Shown piece by piece: positions 39,993 through 48,660 of a stretch of DNA of 64,000 nt. The DNA comes from Chloroflexota bacterium (GTDB lineage: Bacteria > Chloroflexota > UBA11872 > VXOZ01): positions 1 through 64,000 of the forward strand of contig CAXXVD010000003.1 in assembly GCA_963662335.2 (NCBI GenBank), written 5' to 3'. The position numbers and the translations under genes were made by a program. The notes under the pieces are model-generated. The model had not been told where the DNA came from, did no database searches, and saw nothing but the letters and a program-made list of their open reading frames with translations. Within the stretch, counting starts at the first letter, position 1, and the number at the start of each line of letters is the position of its first letter.

Positions 39993-40110
39993 CCGGACGC
40001 GCCTTCAGGCCTTGGTCGCGTTTCCGTCATCGCCTATGGAGACGGACTGCCCATGCCTGGCATACCCGCGACCGCCATTGCTACGAGATCGCACCTCCCT
40101 CGCCGTCGTT

Positions 40111-40354
40111 TCTGTGGATGTCGGCTAATTCGTTGACAGATTCGGTAGAAGAAACGGCGGATTCTGCGTCGTACATCCCTTTGCAGATGTCATTCCGAAC
40201 GGAGCGCAGCGCAGTGAGGAATCTAGGATTGATGCTGCACGCAGGCTAGTGGCCTCGGCACACTAGATTCCTCGCTGCGCTCGGAATGACATACGCTAGC
40301 AACGCTGCCGGGTGGACAGGAGATTCTGTCAGCGAATTAGGCAACATCCGCAGA
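40111..40354. mobile_element. 244-bp MITE-like element with 30-bp TIRs and an internal REP doublet
   Basis: TCTGTGGATGTCGGCTAATTCGTTGACAGA matches the reverse complement of 40325-40354 at 26/30; a related end lies at 7918-7959. Confidence 0.6.
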
Positions 40355-40425
40355 TTAGTCAACAACTACAGCAGTGCCGCACAGACAGCCCGTCGCGCCA
40401 TGCAGGACAGCCGGAGGACGTTATT

Positions 40426-42606
40426 GTGAGTAACCCCATAGACGTCGCCACCTTGCGGTCGATCAGGAAATTCACCGGCCATGCGCCGGTGGCGCTCTCA
40501 CCCGACGGCAATCTGGCCGCCTACGGCATCGTGCCCATGCTGCGCGAGATACCGGACCCGCCGTCAGGGATGCTCGCCACGGGCGCGACCACCGGCGCCC
40601 TGGGCATCGAGCTTTGGCTTGCCGACCTCGCCGGCGGTACGGAACGCGCGCTCACGCCCGGTTGGGGCAGTAGCTGGGGCCCGCGCTGGTCGCCGGACGG
40701 GCGGTGGCTGGCGTTCTACTCCGACCGGAACGGCGTGGCGCAGGTGTGGCTCTGGGACCGCAGCACCGGTGAGACGCGCCTTGCGTCCGCGGAGCCGGTG
40801 TGCATGGCGTTCGAGTTCGAGCAACTGCGCTGGCTGCCCGACGGCACGCATCTGGTGGCAAAGCTGCGCGCGCCCGGCTGGGACCCGCCCCAGGAGCCTG
40901 AAGCGGAAGAGGCGGCGAGCGGCCGGGACGTGTGGGAATCGCCGGTGGCTGAAATGGAGCGGCGTTCCACTGACGGTGAAGGCTGGCGCTGGTTCGATAG
41001 CAGCCGCGGCGACATCGGCGTGATCGACGTGGAATCCGGCGCGGCGCGGCGCTTGGGCACGGAGATCTTTCCCTATCATTTCGCTCCCTCTCCCGACGGG
41101 CGCTACGTGGCCGCGGCGTGCGTGGCGGAAGCCGGAGACTTCGACCTGCGGCTTTTCGCCGTGGACGGCTCGCGCCATGACGTCCTGGCCGCGGGCGTGC
41201 CGTCGTTGTGGGGCGCGTTCTCCTGGTCGCCGGCCGGCGACGCAATTGCGTACACCACGTACGGCGAGGATGAGCCGGGCCAGCTTGTGCTCGTTTCCCT
41301 CAGCGGCGAGCGGCGCGTGCTCCACGACGGCGGCGAGGTCAACTTCGGCAGCGAAGAGCCGTACCCGCCGCCGCTCTGGTCCGCGGACGGCGCGACGGTC
41401 TACTGCGGCAACATGCGGGACATCTACGCCGTCTCCCTCGCCAGCGGCGTCATGGAGAACATCACTAGCGGCCTGGACGGCCACACCGTGTGGGGGTGCG
41501 TTTGCACGTTGGGCGCGAACACCGTCAATGACGGCGGCCGCCCCGGCAGCGTGCTCGTCTTGACACAAGACCGGCAGAGTAAGCGGCACGGCATCTACCG
41601 GATCGGCAACGGCCGGCCGCAAGCGGTGCTGCCGGAGAAGCAGCGCCACCTGCTCAACCTGATGCTCTACGGCGACAGCAACCGGCGGCACGTCGTTGGG
41701 CCAATCGAGTCCGCCGCGCAACCCGCCGACCTCTATCGCATCGATATTGCGACCGGTGAGGAGGAGCGGGTCACGCGGCTCAACCCGTCGCTGGAGGGCG
41801 TCTCGTGGGGCAGCGCGCGGCTGCTGGACCACGCCGGCGCGGACGGTGAGGCTTTGCAGGGCGCGGTGCTGCTGCCGGCCGATTATGAGCCCGGCGTGCG
41901 CTATCCGACGATCGTCAGCGTGGGCCTGGGCACTGGCGGTTCCGGTTTTGTCAACTACTTCGAGTGGGACAGCCTCGGCTTCATCGAGTTGCACGCGCTG
42001 ACCACTCGCGGCTATATGGTGATCGAACCTTCGAACCCGCGCCGCGGGCCGGACGTGGCGGACGAAGTCACCGCCCAGGCGCTGAACGCCCTCGATGCGG
42101 CGGTGGCGGCCGGCTACGCCGATCCGGAACGGGCCGGCGTGATGGGGCACAGCCGGGGCGGCTACAGCGCGTGCGCGGCGATTACGCGCACCGGCCGCTT
42201 CCGCGCGGCGGTGGCCGGCGCGCCGATTACGAACTTCACCAGCTTCGCCTTGTCCGTTTCCGGCAACGAGATGTCGGCCTGGGAGCAGACGGTTGGCTAC
42301 GTCTTCCACCTGCGCAATACCCTGTGGGAGGCGCGGGAACAATGGCTGGAGAATTCACCGGCGCTCTACTGCGACCAGGTCACGACGCCGCTGCTGCTCA
42401 TCTGCGGTACCGCCGACGAGGACTGCATGGCGCAAGCCGAGGAGATGTACGGCGGCCTCCGCCAGCTTGGCAAGCGGGCTACACTGGTGCGGTATCATGG
42501 CGAAGGCCACGCGGTGGGAAATTGGTCGGCGGAGAACGCGCAAGACTGCTGGGACCGCATCATCGGCTGGTTCGACCGCTACGTGAAAGGCGGCGCGCCG
42601 GATTGA
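40426..42606 (+). CDS. S9 prolyl oligopeptidase family protein
   Basis: WSPDG propeller repeats, GHSRGG nucleophile, GTAD, GEGH. Confidence 0.9.
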   Translation: MSNPIDVATLRSIRKFTGHAPVALSPDGNLAAYGIVPMLREIPDPPSGMLATGATTGALGIELWLADLAGGTERALTPGWGSSWGPRWSPDGRWLAFYSDRNGVAQVWLWDRSTGETRLASAEPVCMAFEFEQLRWLPDGTHLVAKLRAPGWDPPQEPEAEEAASGRDVWESPVAEMERRSTDGEGWRWFDSSRGDIGVIDVESGAARRLGTEIFPYHFAPSPDGRYVAAACVAEAGDFDLRLFAVDGSRHDVLAAGVPSLWGAFSWSPAGDAIAYTTYGEDEPGQLVLVSLSGERRVLHDGGEVNFGSEEPYPPPLWSADGATVYCGNMRDIYAVSLASGVMENITSGLDGHTVWGCVCTLGANTVNDGGRPGSVLVLTQDRQSKRHGIYRIGNGRPQAVLPEKQRHLLNLMLYGDSNRRHVVGPIESAAQPADLYRIDIATGEEERVTRLNPSLEGVSWGSARLLDHAGADGEALQGAVLLPADYEPGVRYPTIVSVGLGTGGSGFVNYFEWDSLGFIELHALTTRGYMVIEPSNPRRGPDVADEVTAQALNALDAAVAAGYADPERAGVMGHSRGGYSACAAITRTGRFRAAVAGAPITNFTSFALSVSGNEMSAWEQTVGYVFHLRNTLWEAREQWLENSPALYCDQVTTPLLLICGTADEDCMAQAEEMYGGLRQLGKRATLVRYHGEGHAVGNWSAENAQDCWDRIIGWFDRYVKGGAPD

Positions 42607-42913
42607 GGGTGAATGCGCGCCGCAGCGGAGAGAGGAATCTAGAGCGCTGCGCCGTAGCACACGGCATCCTTGTAGAGGCTGTAGATTCCTCGCTGCGCTC
42701 GGAATGACAGACATGCGACGTACAGCAAGAACCGGTGAGCGCGCGCGGCAGTTGGCAGGACGGCAGGAGCCGCCGATGCCCGTCCGCGGCCAGGCAATGC
42801 TACTATACGGACTGTGCGCTGGCGCAACGGGCAAGGTTGATTGGCAGGGCCGCTTGCTGTGCGGCGGCGCACGCCTGGCAATGAAGTCACGCAGCATGAG
42901 GGAATAACGTCTT

Positions 42914-44233
42914 ATGGAGTCCATGACCGAGGCGGCCACGTTACAGCAAGAACTCCTGGCGAGCAGCCGGCAGTTGTTTCCCGGCGGCAGTTCCGGCTTG
43001 TGGCGGCTGCCGGACGAGTATCAGATCGTGGTCACCCACGGGCGCGGCAGCCGCGTGTGGGACATGACCGGGCGCGAGTACATCGACTGCATCCTGGGCT
43101 CGGGGCCGGTCGTTATCGGCCACGCGCATCCGGCGGTGGTGGCGGCGGTGCAGGCGCAGGCGGCGCAGGGCGCGACCTACTTCCTGCTCAACGAACCGGC
43201 CATCCGGCTGGCGCAGATGGTGGTGGACGCGGTGCCGTGCGCCGAGCAGGTGCGCTTCGTGAGCACCGGCACCGAGGCTACCTTCTACGCCGTGCGCATC
43301 GCCCGCGCCTACACCGGCCGCAACAAGGTGCTGAAGTTCGAGGGCGCGCTCCACGGCGGCAACGACTACGCCACTATGAGCACCGTGCCGCCGCGCGCGA
43401 GCGACTATCCCCACGGCATCCCGGACAGCAGCGGCATTCCGGCGCAGGTGCAGGAGCAGGTGCTGATTTCGGAATTCAACAATCTCGACCTCACCCGCGC
43501 ACTCGTGCATGAGCACGGCGGCGACCTGGCGGCCATCATCATGGAGCCGCTGCAGCGGGCGCTCAATCCGGAGCCGGGCTTCCTGGCGGCGGTGCGCGAC
43601 CTGGCCCACGAGGTGGGGGCGCTGCTGATCTTCGACGAGATCGTCACCGGCTTTCGCCTGGCGTGGGGCGGCGCGCAGGAATACTACGGCGTGGAACCGG
43701 ACCTGGCGGTGCTGGGCAAGGCGCTGGGCGGCGGCTACCCGCAGGCGGCGGTGGCGGGGCCGGCCGCAATCATGGAGGTGGTCTCGTCGGCCATCCGCGG
43801 CACGCCGCGCTACGTCTGGATGGGCGGCACGTTCAGCGGCAATCCCCTGAGCGCCGTGGCCGGCCTGGCTACCCTGGGCGTGCTGCAGGAAGAGGGCAGC
43901 TTTGCGCGTTTGCACGCGATTGGCGACCAGGTGCGTGCCGGACTGGAGGCGCTGGGTAAAGAGTTTGGCGAACCGCTGCAAGCCATCGGCGCGGGGCCGC
44001 TGCTCCAGGTCTTCTTTGGCGAAGGCGACCTGCGCAGCTACCGCGACTGCCTGCAAACCGACAACGCCAAACGCATCGCTTTCGCCCAAGAACTCCTCCG
44101 CGCCGGCATCCTCACCAACCCGGGTGAGAAGCTCTACTTCTCGCTGGCGCACACCGACGAGGACGTGGGGCAGATTCTGGAAATCGCCCGCGCGGCGTTA
44201 AAGACAGTGCAAGTAAGAGAGACCGCCGGTTAG
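42914..44233 (+). CDS. Class III aminotransferase (glutamate-1-semialdehyde aminomutase-like)
   Basis: TGTEAT, KFEGALHG, IFDEIVTGFR, GKALGGG, GTFSGNP. Confidence 0.9.
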   Translation: MESMTEAATLQQELLASSRQLFPGGSSGLWRLPDEYQIVVTHGRGSRVWDMTGREYIDCILGSGPVVIGHAHPAVVAAVQAQAAQGATYFLLNEPAIRLAQMVVDAVPCAEQVRFVSTGTEATFYAVRIARAYTGRNKVLKFEGALHGGNDYATMSTVPPRASDYPHGIPDSSGIPAQVQEQVLISEFNNLDLTRALVHEHGGDLAAIIMEPLQRALNPEPGFLAAVRDLAHEVGALLIFDEIVTGFRLAWGGAQEYYGVEPDLAVLGKALGGGYPQAAVAGPAAIMEVVSSAIRGTPRYVWMGGTFSGNPLSAVAGLATLGVLQEEGSFARLHAIGDQVRAGLEALGKEFGEPLQAIGAGPLLQVFFGEGDLRSYRDCLQTDNAKRIAFAQELLRAGILTNPGEKLYFSLAHTDEDVGQILEIARAALKTVQVRETAG

Positions 44234-44261
44234 AAATGCGGCAGATTTCCCGTAGGCGCGG

Positions 44262-44744
44262 CTATAACAGGCCGGGTTGTTGAACGCGCGGCGCGCACAC
44301 CGTGATGCCCAGGTGTTCTGAATAGTTCCACAATGACTTGTCATACGTATGAACTTCGGCTGCGCGCATGAGTTGCGCGGTAGCAAGGTGGATGCAGTCG
44401 CTTGGGTCTCTCTTGAGGTTATTGGTCAGGCCAATCCGCATCACGTCGCGAGCGCGTCTTGCAATGAGTTGGCTAAACTCGACGAGTAGCACGACACGAT
44501 CGTCCTGGAAGATTGTATCTATTCTGCTTAATTCAGCATCATTGAGGGCTCGGTCTAGTCGCTCTTGCTCCGTAAAGGCGACCTCTGCAATAGAGAGTGT
44601 TGAGGTGACGATCTTTTGTTCTCCGTCGCTCCGTTCCACCTCACTAAGAATGCCTTGCAAAGTGCCGATTCGCTCAGACGACTCGTTGATGTAATAGGTG
44701 AAGCAGTTTGCGTCCCAATAAATGAATTCTGCAGAAGCCGGCAT
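44262..44744 (-). CDS. PIN domain (VapC-like) ribonuclease
   Basis: IYWDAN, STLSIAEV, DCIHLATA, HTYD. Confidence 0.9.
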   Translation of the reverse strand: MPASAEFIYWDANCFTYYINESSERIGTLQGILSEVERSDGEQKIVTSTLSIAEVAFTEQERLDRALNDAELSRIDTIFQDDRVVLLVEFSQLIARRARDVMRIGLTNNLKRDPSDCIHLATAQLMRAAEVHTYDKSLWNYSEHLGITVCAPRVQQPGLL

Positions 44745-44752
44745 CGTTCTTC

Positions 44753-45475
44753 CTACTTGCTTTTGACAATCCGCAGAGCGCCACGCGCTGCGCGGTAAGA
44801 ACCTAGGGAAGCAGGAGGCACCTCATGGATTTCGCGGATATTCCTGATTTGAGTGGGGATGCCAGTCTTCGCGTCGCGTCGTATCAGTCCCTCGACGATG
44901 ACGCGCTTTCGCCAAAGTTGCCTTGCGCGGTCTTCGATTTCTGGCGACAGGAGGCAAGAGACGGGCGCATCGAAGAGGTTGTCGTAAAGAGTGAAGCGCA
45001 GTGACTTGCGATCAGAGAGTGTCCGTATTCGCCCCTCAATTGCTCCAAACACATCAACAGACTCTAGCCTTTCGGGTCGATCAGGCGGTTGCCGGACGAT
45101 ATGCTGCGCTCTTGGCGTTCTAAAGTGAATGGCTGTAATCTCTCCATTGACTAAGGATGCAATGGAATCCGCGTGTCGACGGATATCATCGGAGTACGGT
45201 ATCTCAGAGCGATCCGCTAACGCTTGGCCGACAATGCCATAAGCGGTCATTATTGACGGCACATCCTTCGGGTCATCCGCAGTTCCCCGAATCGTCGTAA
45301 TTGCGCTTGACGCCGATAGCTCTAAGACTTTCCATTGGACCGTAGCGGAACTGCCGGTAATCTCTGAGCTGAGAGATTTCAGCAGTTCATTTAGTTCACT
45401 GACGGCCGTGGAAAAGTCAGAGATTCGCACTTCACCATCTAGACCTAATGTGATGACGTCGTCCTGTTTAGACAT
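44753..45475 (-). CDS. Hypothetical PIN partner protein (possible C-terminal OB-like fold)
   Basis: Ends 8 bp before the PIN start; GAGAGG RBS; lower GC. Confidence 0.75.
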   Translation of the reverse strand: MSKQDDVITLGLDGEVRISDFSTAVSELNELLKSLSSEITGSSATVQWKVLELSASSAITTIRGTADDPKDVPSIMTAYGIVGQALADRSEIPYSDDIRRHADSIASLVNGEITAIHFRTPRAQHIVRQPPDRPERLESVDVFGAIEGRIRTLSDRKSLRFTLYDNLFDAPVSCLLSPEIEDRARQLWRKRVIVEGLIRRDAKTGIPTQIRNIREIHEVPPASLGSYRAARGALRIVKSK

Positions 45476-45520
45476 CTCACACCTCTCGGTGTCAAATTGC
45501 ATAGGCGAGACTACTTGCCT

Positions 45521-46102
45521 CTATTCCTTAGGCAGGCTCTCGCAGGCAACGCCGTCGTCGTTAGTGTCTAGCTTGTTCGGGTCTGAGGGATCCGCTTCCA
45601 AGACCGCTTGAGCCTGCCACTGGTAATCGAAGTCCCCGCAATTGTAGGCGTTCCCTTTACCAATGTAGAGTTGGGGGTTGAAGTCACTCTGTGATGTTGC
45701 CGTAGGCGCCGGTATTGGCGAAGGAGTTGCAACAGGAACTGGTGAAGGGGAAGGGATTGGCGATGGGGCAACCGTGGGAATAGTAACAGCAGTAGGCACT
45801 GGGCTAGGAACTGGTGGAGGAGTGGCGGTTGCCTGGGCCGAAGGAGTAGATATTGGTGTTGTGACAGGTGTAGCTATTGGCTCCGCCGTTGCAGTTACCG
45901 TAGAAATCAACAGAGGTGTAGCCGTAGCGTTCACGTTTCCGGTAGTAGGCGTAGTGCCGACGGCAGACTCTCCCTCTTCGCTCCCTGCTGTAGCGACCGC
46001 ACCGATGCAGGAGCCAATCAGCAGGACGTAAATGAGGCTTGCAACAATCTGCTTCCAGCGTGTGCCGGATCGGAATCCTGGAATTCTGCGAAAAACACCC
46101 AT
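45521..46102 (-). CDS. Membrane-anchored Pro/Thr-rich protein with Excalibur Ca-binding domain
   Basis: N-terminal TM, P/T linker, NCGDF...[11 protein letters not shown]. Confidence 0.85.
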   Translation of the reverse strand: MGVFRRIPGFRSGTRWKQIVASLIYVLLIGSCIGAVATAGSEEGESAVGTTPTTGNVNATATPLLISTVTATAEPIATPVTTPISTPSAQATATPPPVPSPVPTAVTIPTVAPSPIPSPSPVPVATPSPIPAPTATSQSDFNPQLYIGKGNAYNCGDFDYQWQAQAVLEADPSDPNKLDTNDDGVACESLPKE

Positions 46103-46310
46103 GGTCTATCCTTGCTCCAGCGTCAAACTCGCGTTCCCCCTCGCAAGTGTACCACAGTCGTTCGCTCTAAACCAGAAAGTCAATGCGCAGACAAGACTGG
46201 TTATGTCGTGCTGCCAGCGCGCGCTAAAGTGGGAGTGGGACACTTATGTATGAGAGTCGCCTGGTGTCACTTCGGCTTCGCAATCGGCTCGAGGTCTAGC
46301 GAAACTGCCT

Positions 46311-46690
46311 GTCATGGGAGCGGCTGAGCATGGCGGCAAGGTGAAAGCGGTACCATTCCTGTAGGTGATGGCGCGGCATATCAATACTTTCTTGAAGCGC
46401 AACGTGGATCCGCGCGCCATCCTCATGACCGACTACTGGCCGGGCTACAACGAAGTCAGAGACTGGATGCAGCGCTTTCGCGTGAATCACGGCACAGGCG
46501 GATTCGTTGACGGGGAAGTCCACACCAACACCACTGAGGGATTCTGGTCATTGGTGAAGCGCGCGGTTGCCGGCCAGCACCACCACTACACGGTCGAACA
46601 CGCGGCTATCTACATCCACGAAGCGGCTTACAGGTGAAAGACCCGCAAGTCGGACAGGCTGTTCAAGGACTTCATGCTGCGGGCTAGGGG
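46311..46690 (+). pseudogene. IS1595-family transposase remnant
   Basis: VMGAAEHGGKV*..ILMTDYWPGY..VNH..VHTNTTEGFWSLVKR..HHH..YIHEAAYR* with in-frame stops and no N-terminus. Confidence 0.85.
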
Positions 46691-46741
46691 ACTACATATT
46701 GCGTAAAAGCGGAGCGTCTACCGCAACATAGGCTTATGTCA

Positions 46742-46770
46742 TTGACTCGATGCATTCGCTTCTGTAGAAT
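46742..46770 (+). promoter_or_regulatory. Near-consensus sigma70 promoter upstream of the tRNA-like gene
   Basis: TTGACT-17 nt-TAGAAT. Confidence 0.7.
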
Positions 46771-46828
46771 CTTGGGAGATAGGCGAACCCGCCTGTTCCT
46801 CGGTCAAAAGAAGCAGGCGGGTTCTGCT

Positions 46829-46926
46829 GGAAGGTATTGTCTGTCAGTACAGAACCAGCGCTAGGAACGCTCGGAGCGTCAGGGATATGTCCTGTCGTTG
46901 CGGTGCAACTCCGCTACCTTCCGCCA
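46829..46926 (+). tRNA. Non-canonical tRNASec-shaped 8/4 tRNA (allo-tRNA-like), anticodon AGG
   Basis: 8-bp acceptor GGAAGGTA/TACCTTCC plus G-CCA; D arm TCTGT-CAGT-ACAGA; anticodon loop CT-AGG-AA; 25-nt variable arm; 4-bp T stem GCGG-TGCAACT-CCGC. Confidence 0.8.
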
Positions 46927-46987
46927 CTTTCCGCAACCGCAAGTGTATACAGTGTAAACCGTGCTGACTCCATGCGTCAAATCGCCG

Positions 46988-47251
46988 CTATTCTGCCGGC
47001 GAATCAGTCTTTTCGCCTACGATTAGCAAGCTAGGCCGCCTGCCGCGAAAGCCAAACGTGATGCAGGTGAAGAGGAAATTGAAGAACTTCCTGGCGAGCG
47101 ACCACTTGTCCTCAGTGATGAAGACCAAGCGGTACCCGTCTTCATTGAGTCGTCTAATAGCGCGGTCTACGGCGCGCCCCTGGCTTTCACCGATATTGAG
47201 CCAGCCGCTCTTGAGTTCGACGCGCTCAGTGCGGTTGATTGGGTCGCTCAT
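46988..47251 (-). CDS. Small hypothetical protein (87 aa) with a hydrophobic segment
   Basis: AAGGAGG RBS 5 nt before the ATG; own promoter; FFNFLFTCITFG segment. Confidence 0.75.
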   Translation of the reverse strand: MSDPINRTERVELKSGWLNIGESQGRAVDRAIRRLNEDGYRLVFITEDKWSLARKFFNFLFTCITFGFRGRRPSLLIVGEKTDSPAE

Positions 47252-47268
47252 GGGTGCCTCCTTGCAGC

Positions 47269-47391
47269 ACGCTAAAGGGTAGGTCTTGCTACAGCCCGAC
47301 GCCTAGAGTGGGCCGCAAGGAGACGTGGCAAACCACTATCCCCTTAGCGTCTCTTGTGAGACCCACAACTAGACCTATTCGGGCTGTAGCA
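47269..47391 (-). ncRNA. Structured 5' leader or cis-regulatory RNA candidate
   Basis: 13-bp perfect stem 47287-47299/47379-47391 with inner helices and alternative pairings. Confidence 0.5.
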
Positions 47392-47397
47392 CGTAGC

Positions 47398-47426
47398 ATC
47401 CTACCAAGCGCACAGAATCAAGGCAA
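47398..47426 (-). promoter_or_regulatory. Extended -10 sigma70 promoter
   Basis: Minus strand: TTGCCT-17 nt-TAGGAT, with TG one base upstream of the -10. Confidence 0.6.
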
Positions 47427-47439
47427 GTCGATTTCCTAT

Positions 47440-47685
47440 AATCCTCGACGCACCCTAGAACGAATCTTTACACGGCCCACGCCACCCGACATCAGGTGGG
47501 CCAATATTGAGAGCATGTTGGGTGCAGTAGGTGTGGAGGTCTCAGAGCGGGCGGGCTCGCGGGTGCTCTTGAAGAAGGGAGCGGAGCGTATCGTCGTTCA
47601 CAGACCGCATCCTCGTCCAGAGGCCGGCAAAGCTACGGTCCGCAATATCGCCCTGTTTCTCCGGGAGATAGGAGTAGTGCCATGA
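47440..47685 (+). CDS. hicA: HicA family toxin (5' end apparently truncated)
   Basis: RRTLERIF..P...IRWANIESML..G..V..RAGSRV, HRPHP; no in-frame ATG at the expected start. Confidence 0.75.
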   Translation, partial: NPRRTLERIFTRPTPPDIRWANIESMLGAVGVEVSERAGSRVLLKKGAERIVVHRPHPRPEAGKATVRNIALFLREIGVVP

Positions 47686-48017
47686 TGGAGTATAGGGGTT
47701 ACCTAGCCACCGTCGAATACGATGACTCGGTGGGACTTCTGCACGGACAGGTCGTCAACGCCGGTCCCTATCCGATTGCCACGTTCGAGGCCGCCGACGT
47801 GGAGGGGCTGAAACGCGAATTCCGCATATCGATCGAAGAGTACTTAGCCTCGTGCGCGGAAGACGGGATCGAGCCGCGCAAACCGTTCTCCGGCAAGCTC
47901 ACGCTGCGGCTAGGAACCGAACTGCATCAGCGCGTGGCGGCCGCGGCGCTGCACAGCGGGCTGAGCATCAACGAGTGGATCAAGCAGGTGCTCGCGGAGA
48001 ACGCGCAGAGCGGGTAG
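47682..48017 (+). CDS. hicB: HicB family antitoxin
   Basis: MEYRGY, FRISIEEYL..C, PRKPFSGKLTLR, GLSINEWI; GGAG RBS. Confidence 0.92.
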   Translation: MMEYRGYLATVEYDDSVGLLHGQVVNAGPYPIATFEAADVEGLKREFRISIEEYLASCAEDGIEPRKPFSGKLTLRLGTELHQRVAAAALHSGLSINEWIKQVLAENAQSG

Positions 48018-48103
48018 AAGCGCGGGCATGTTTGCGGATGCGGCCGCTCCGCACGTGAATCGGAGGAGCGGCCTGCGGTTCGGAAATCCCTGCGCGGGGC
48101 GCG

Positions 48104-48469
48104 CTAGGAAGCGGCCGGCAGGGCGCCTTTCGCCACGGTGGCGAGTTCCGCGAACGCCGCGCTGTCTTCCACGGCCAGGTCTGCCAGCATCTTGCGGTCC
48201 AGGGTGACGTTGGCCTGGCGGAGGCCGTGCATGAAGGCGCTGTAGGAGAGGCCGTTCTGGCGGGCGGCGGCGTTGATGCGCACGATCCAGAGGCGGCGCA
48301 TCTCGCGCTTGCGGGTGCGGCGGTGGCGGTAGGCAAAGGCCATGCCGCGCATCACCGCTTCGTGGGCGCTCTTGTAGAGGCGGCTGCGGCCGCCCCAGTA
48401 GCCTGAGGCGCGCTTCAGCACTTTCTTGTGGCGCTTGTGGGATGTGACGCCGCGTTTTACTCGGGGCAT
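48104..48469 (-). CDS. rplT: 50S ribosomal protein L20
   Basis: [31 protein letters not shown]. Confidence 0.97.
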   Translation of the reverse strand: MPRVKRGVTSHKRHKKVLKRASGYWGGRSRLYKSAHEAVMRGMAFAYRHRRTRKREMRRLWIVRINAAARQNGLSYSAFMHGLRQANVTLDRKMLADLAVEDSAAFAELATVAKGALPAAS

Positions 48470-48660
48470 GGTGTCTCTCTGCTCTTTGGTGTTGGTTGCA
48501 ACTCTGCCAAGTGCCGCTAGGCTTCGCAAGATTGCGGGGAACAAGCCCCCGCGCTACGGTCTGCCGTCCGTCGTTCCTACTTAGAATCGGCAGGCGTTCC
48601 CCCTCACCCTAACCCTCTTCCCCAGGGAGAGGGAACCGGAAGTTGCCGCGCGCTTGGCGC

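Noticed and set aside
42914-44233. Assigning the symbol hemL
   Set aside because: The class III fold is clear, but the N-terminal motif differs (PGGSSG rather than PGGVNSP) and no hem genes are adjacent
46231-46700. Intact IS1595 defining the islet ends
   Set aside because: The transposase is truncated with in-frame stops, and I could not pair convincing TIRs or a target duplication
46829-46926. Canonical tRNA-Sec (selC) or ordinary tRNA-Pro
   Set aside because: The anticodon is AGG rather than UCA, and the fold is 8/4 rather than 8/5. It lacks the C1-G72/A73 and short variable loop of bacterial tRNA-Pro. No selAB in the window
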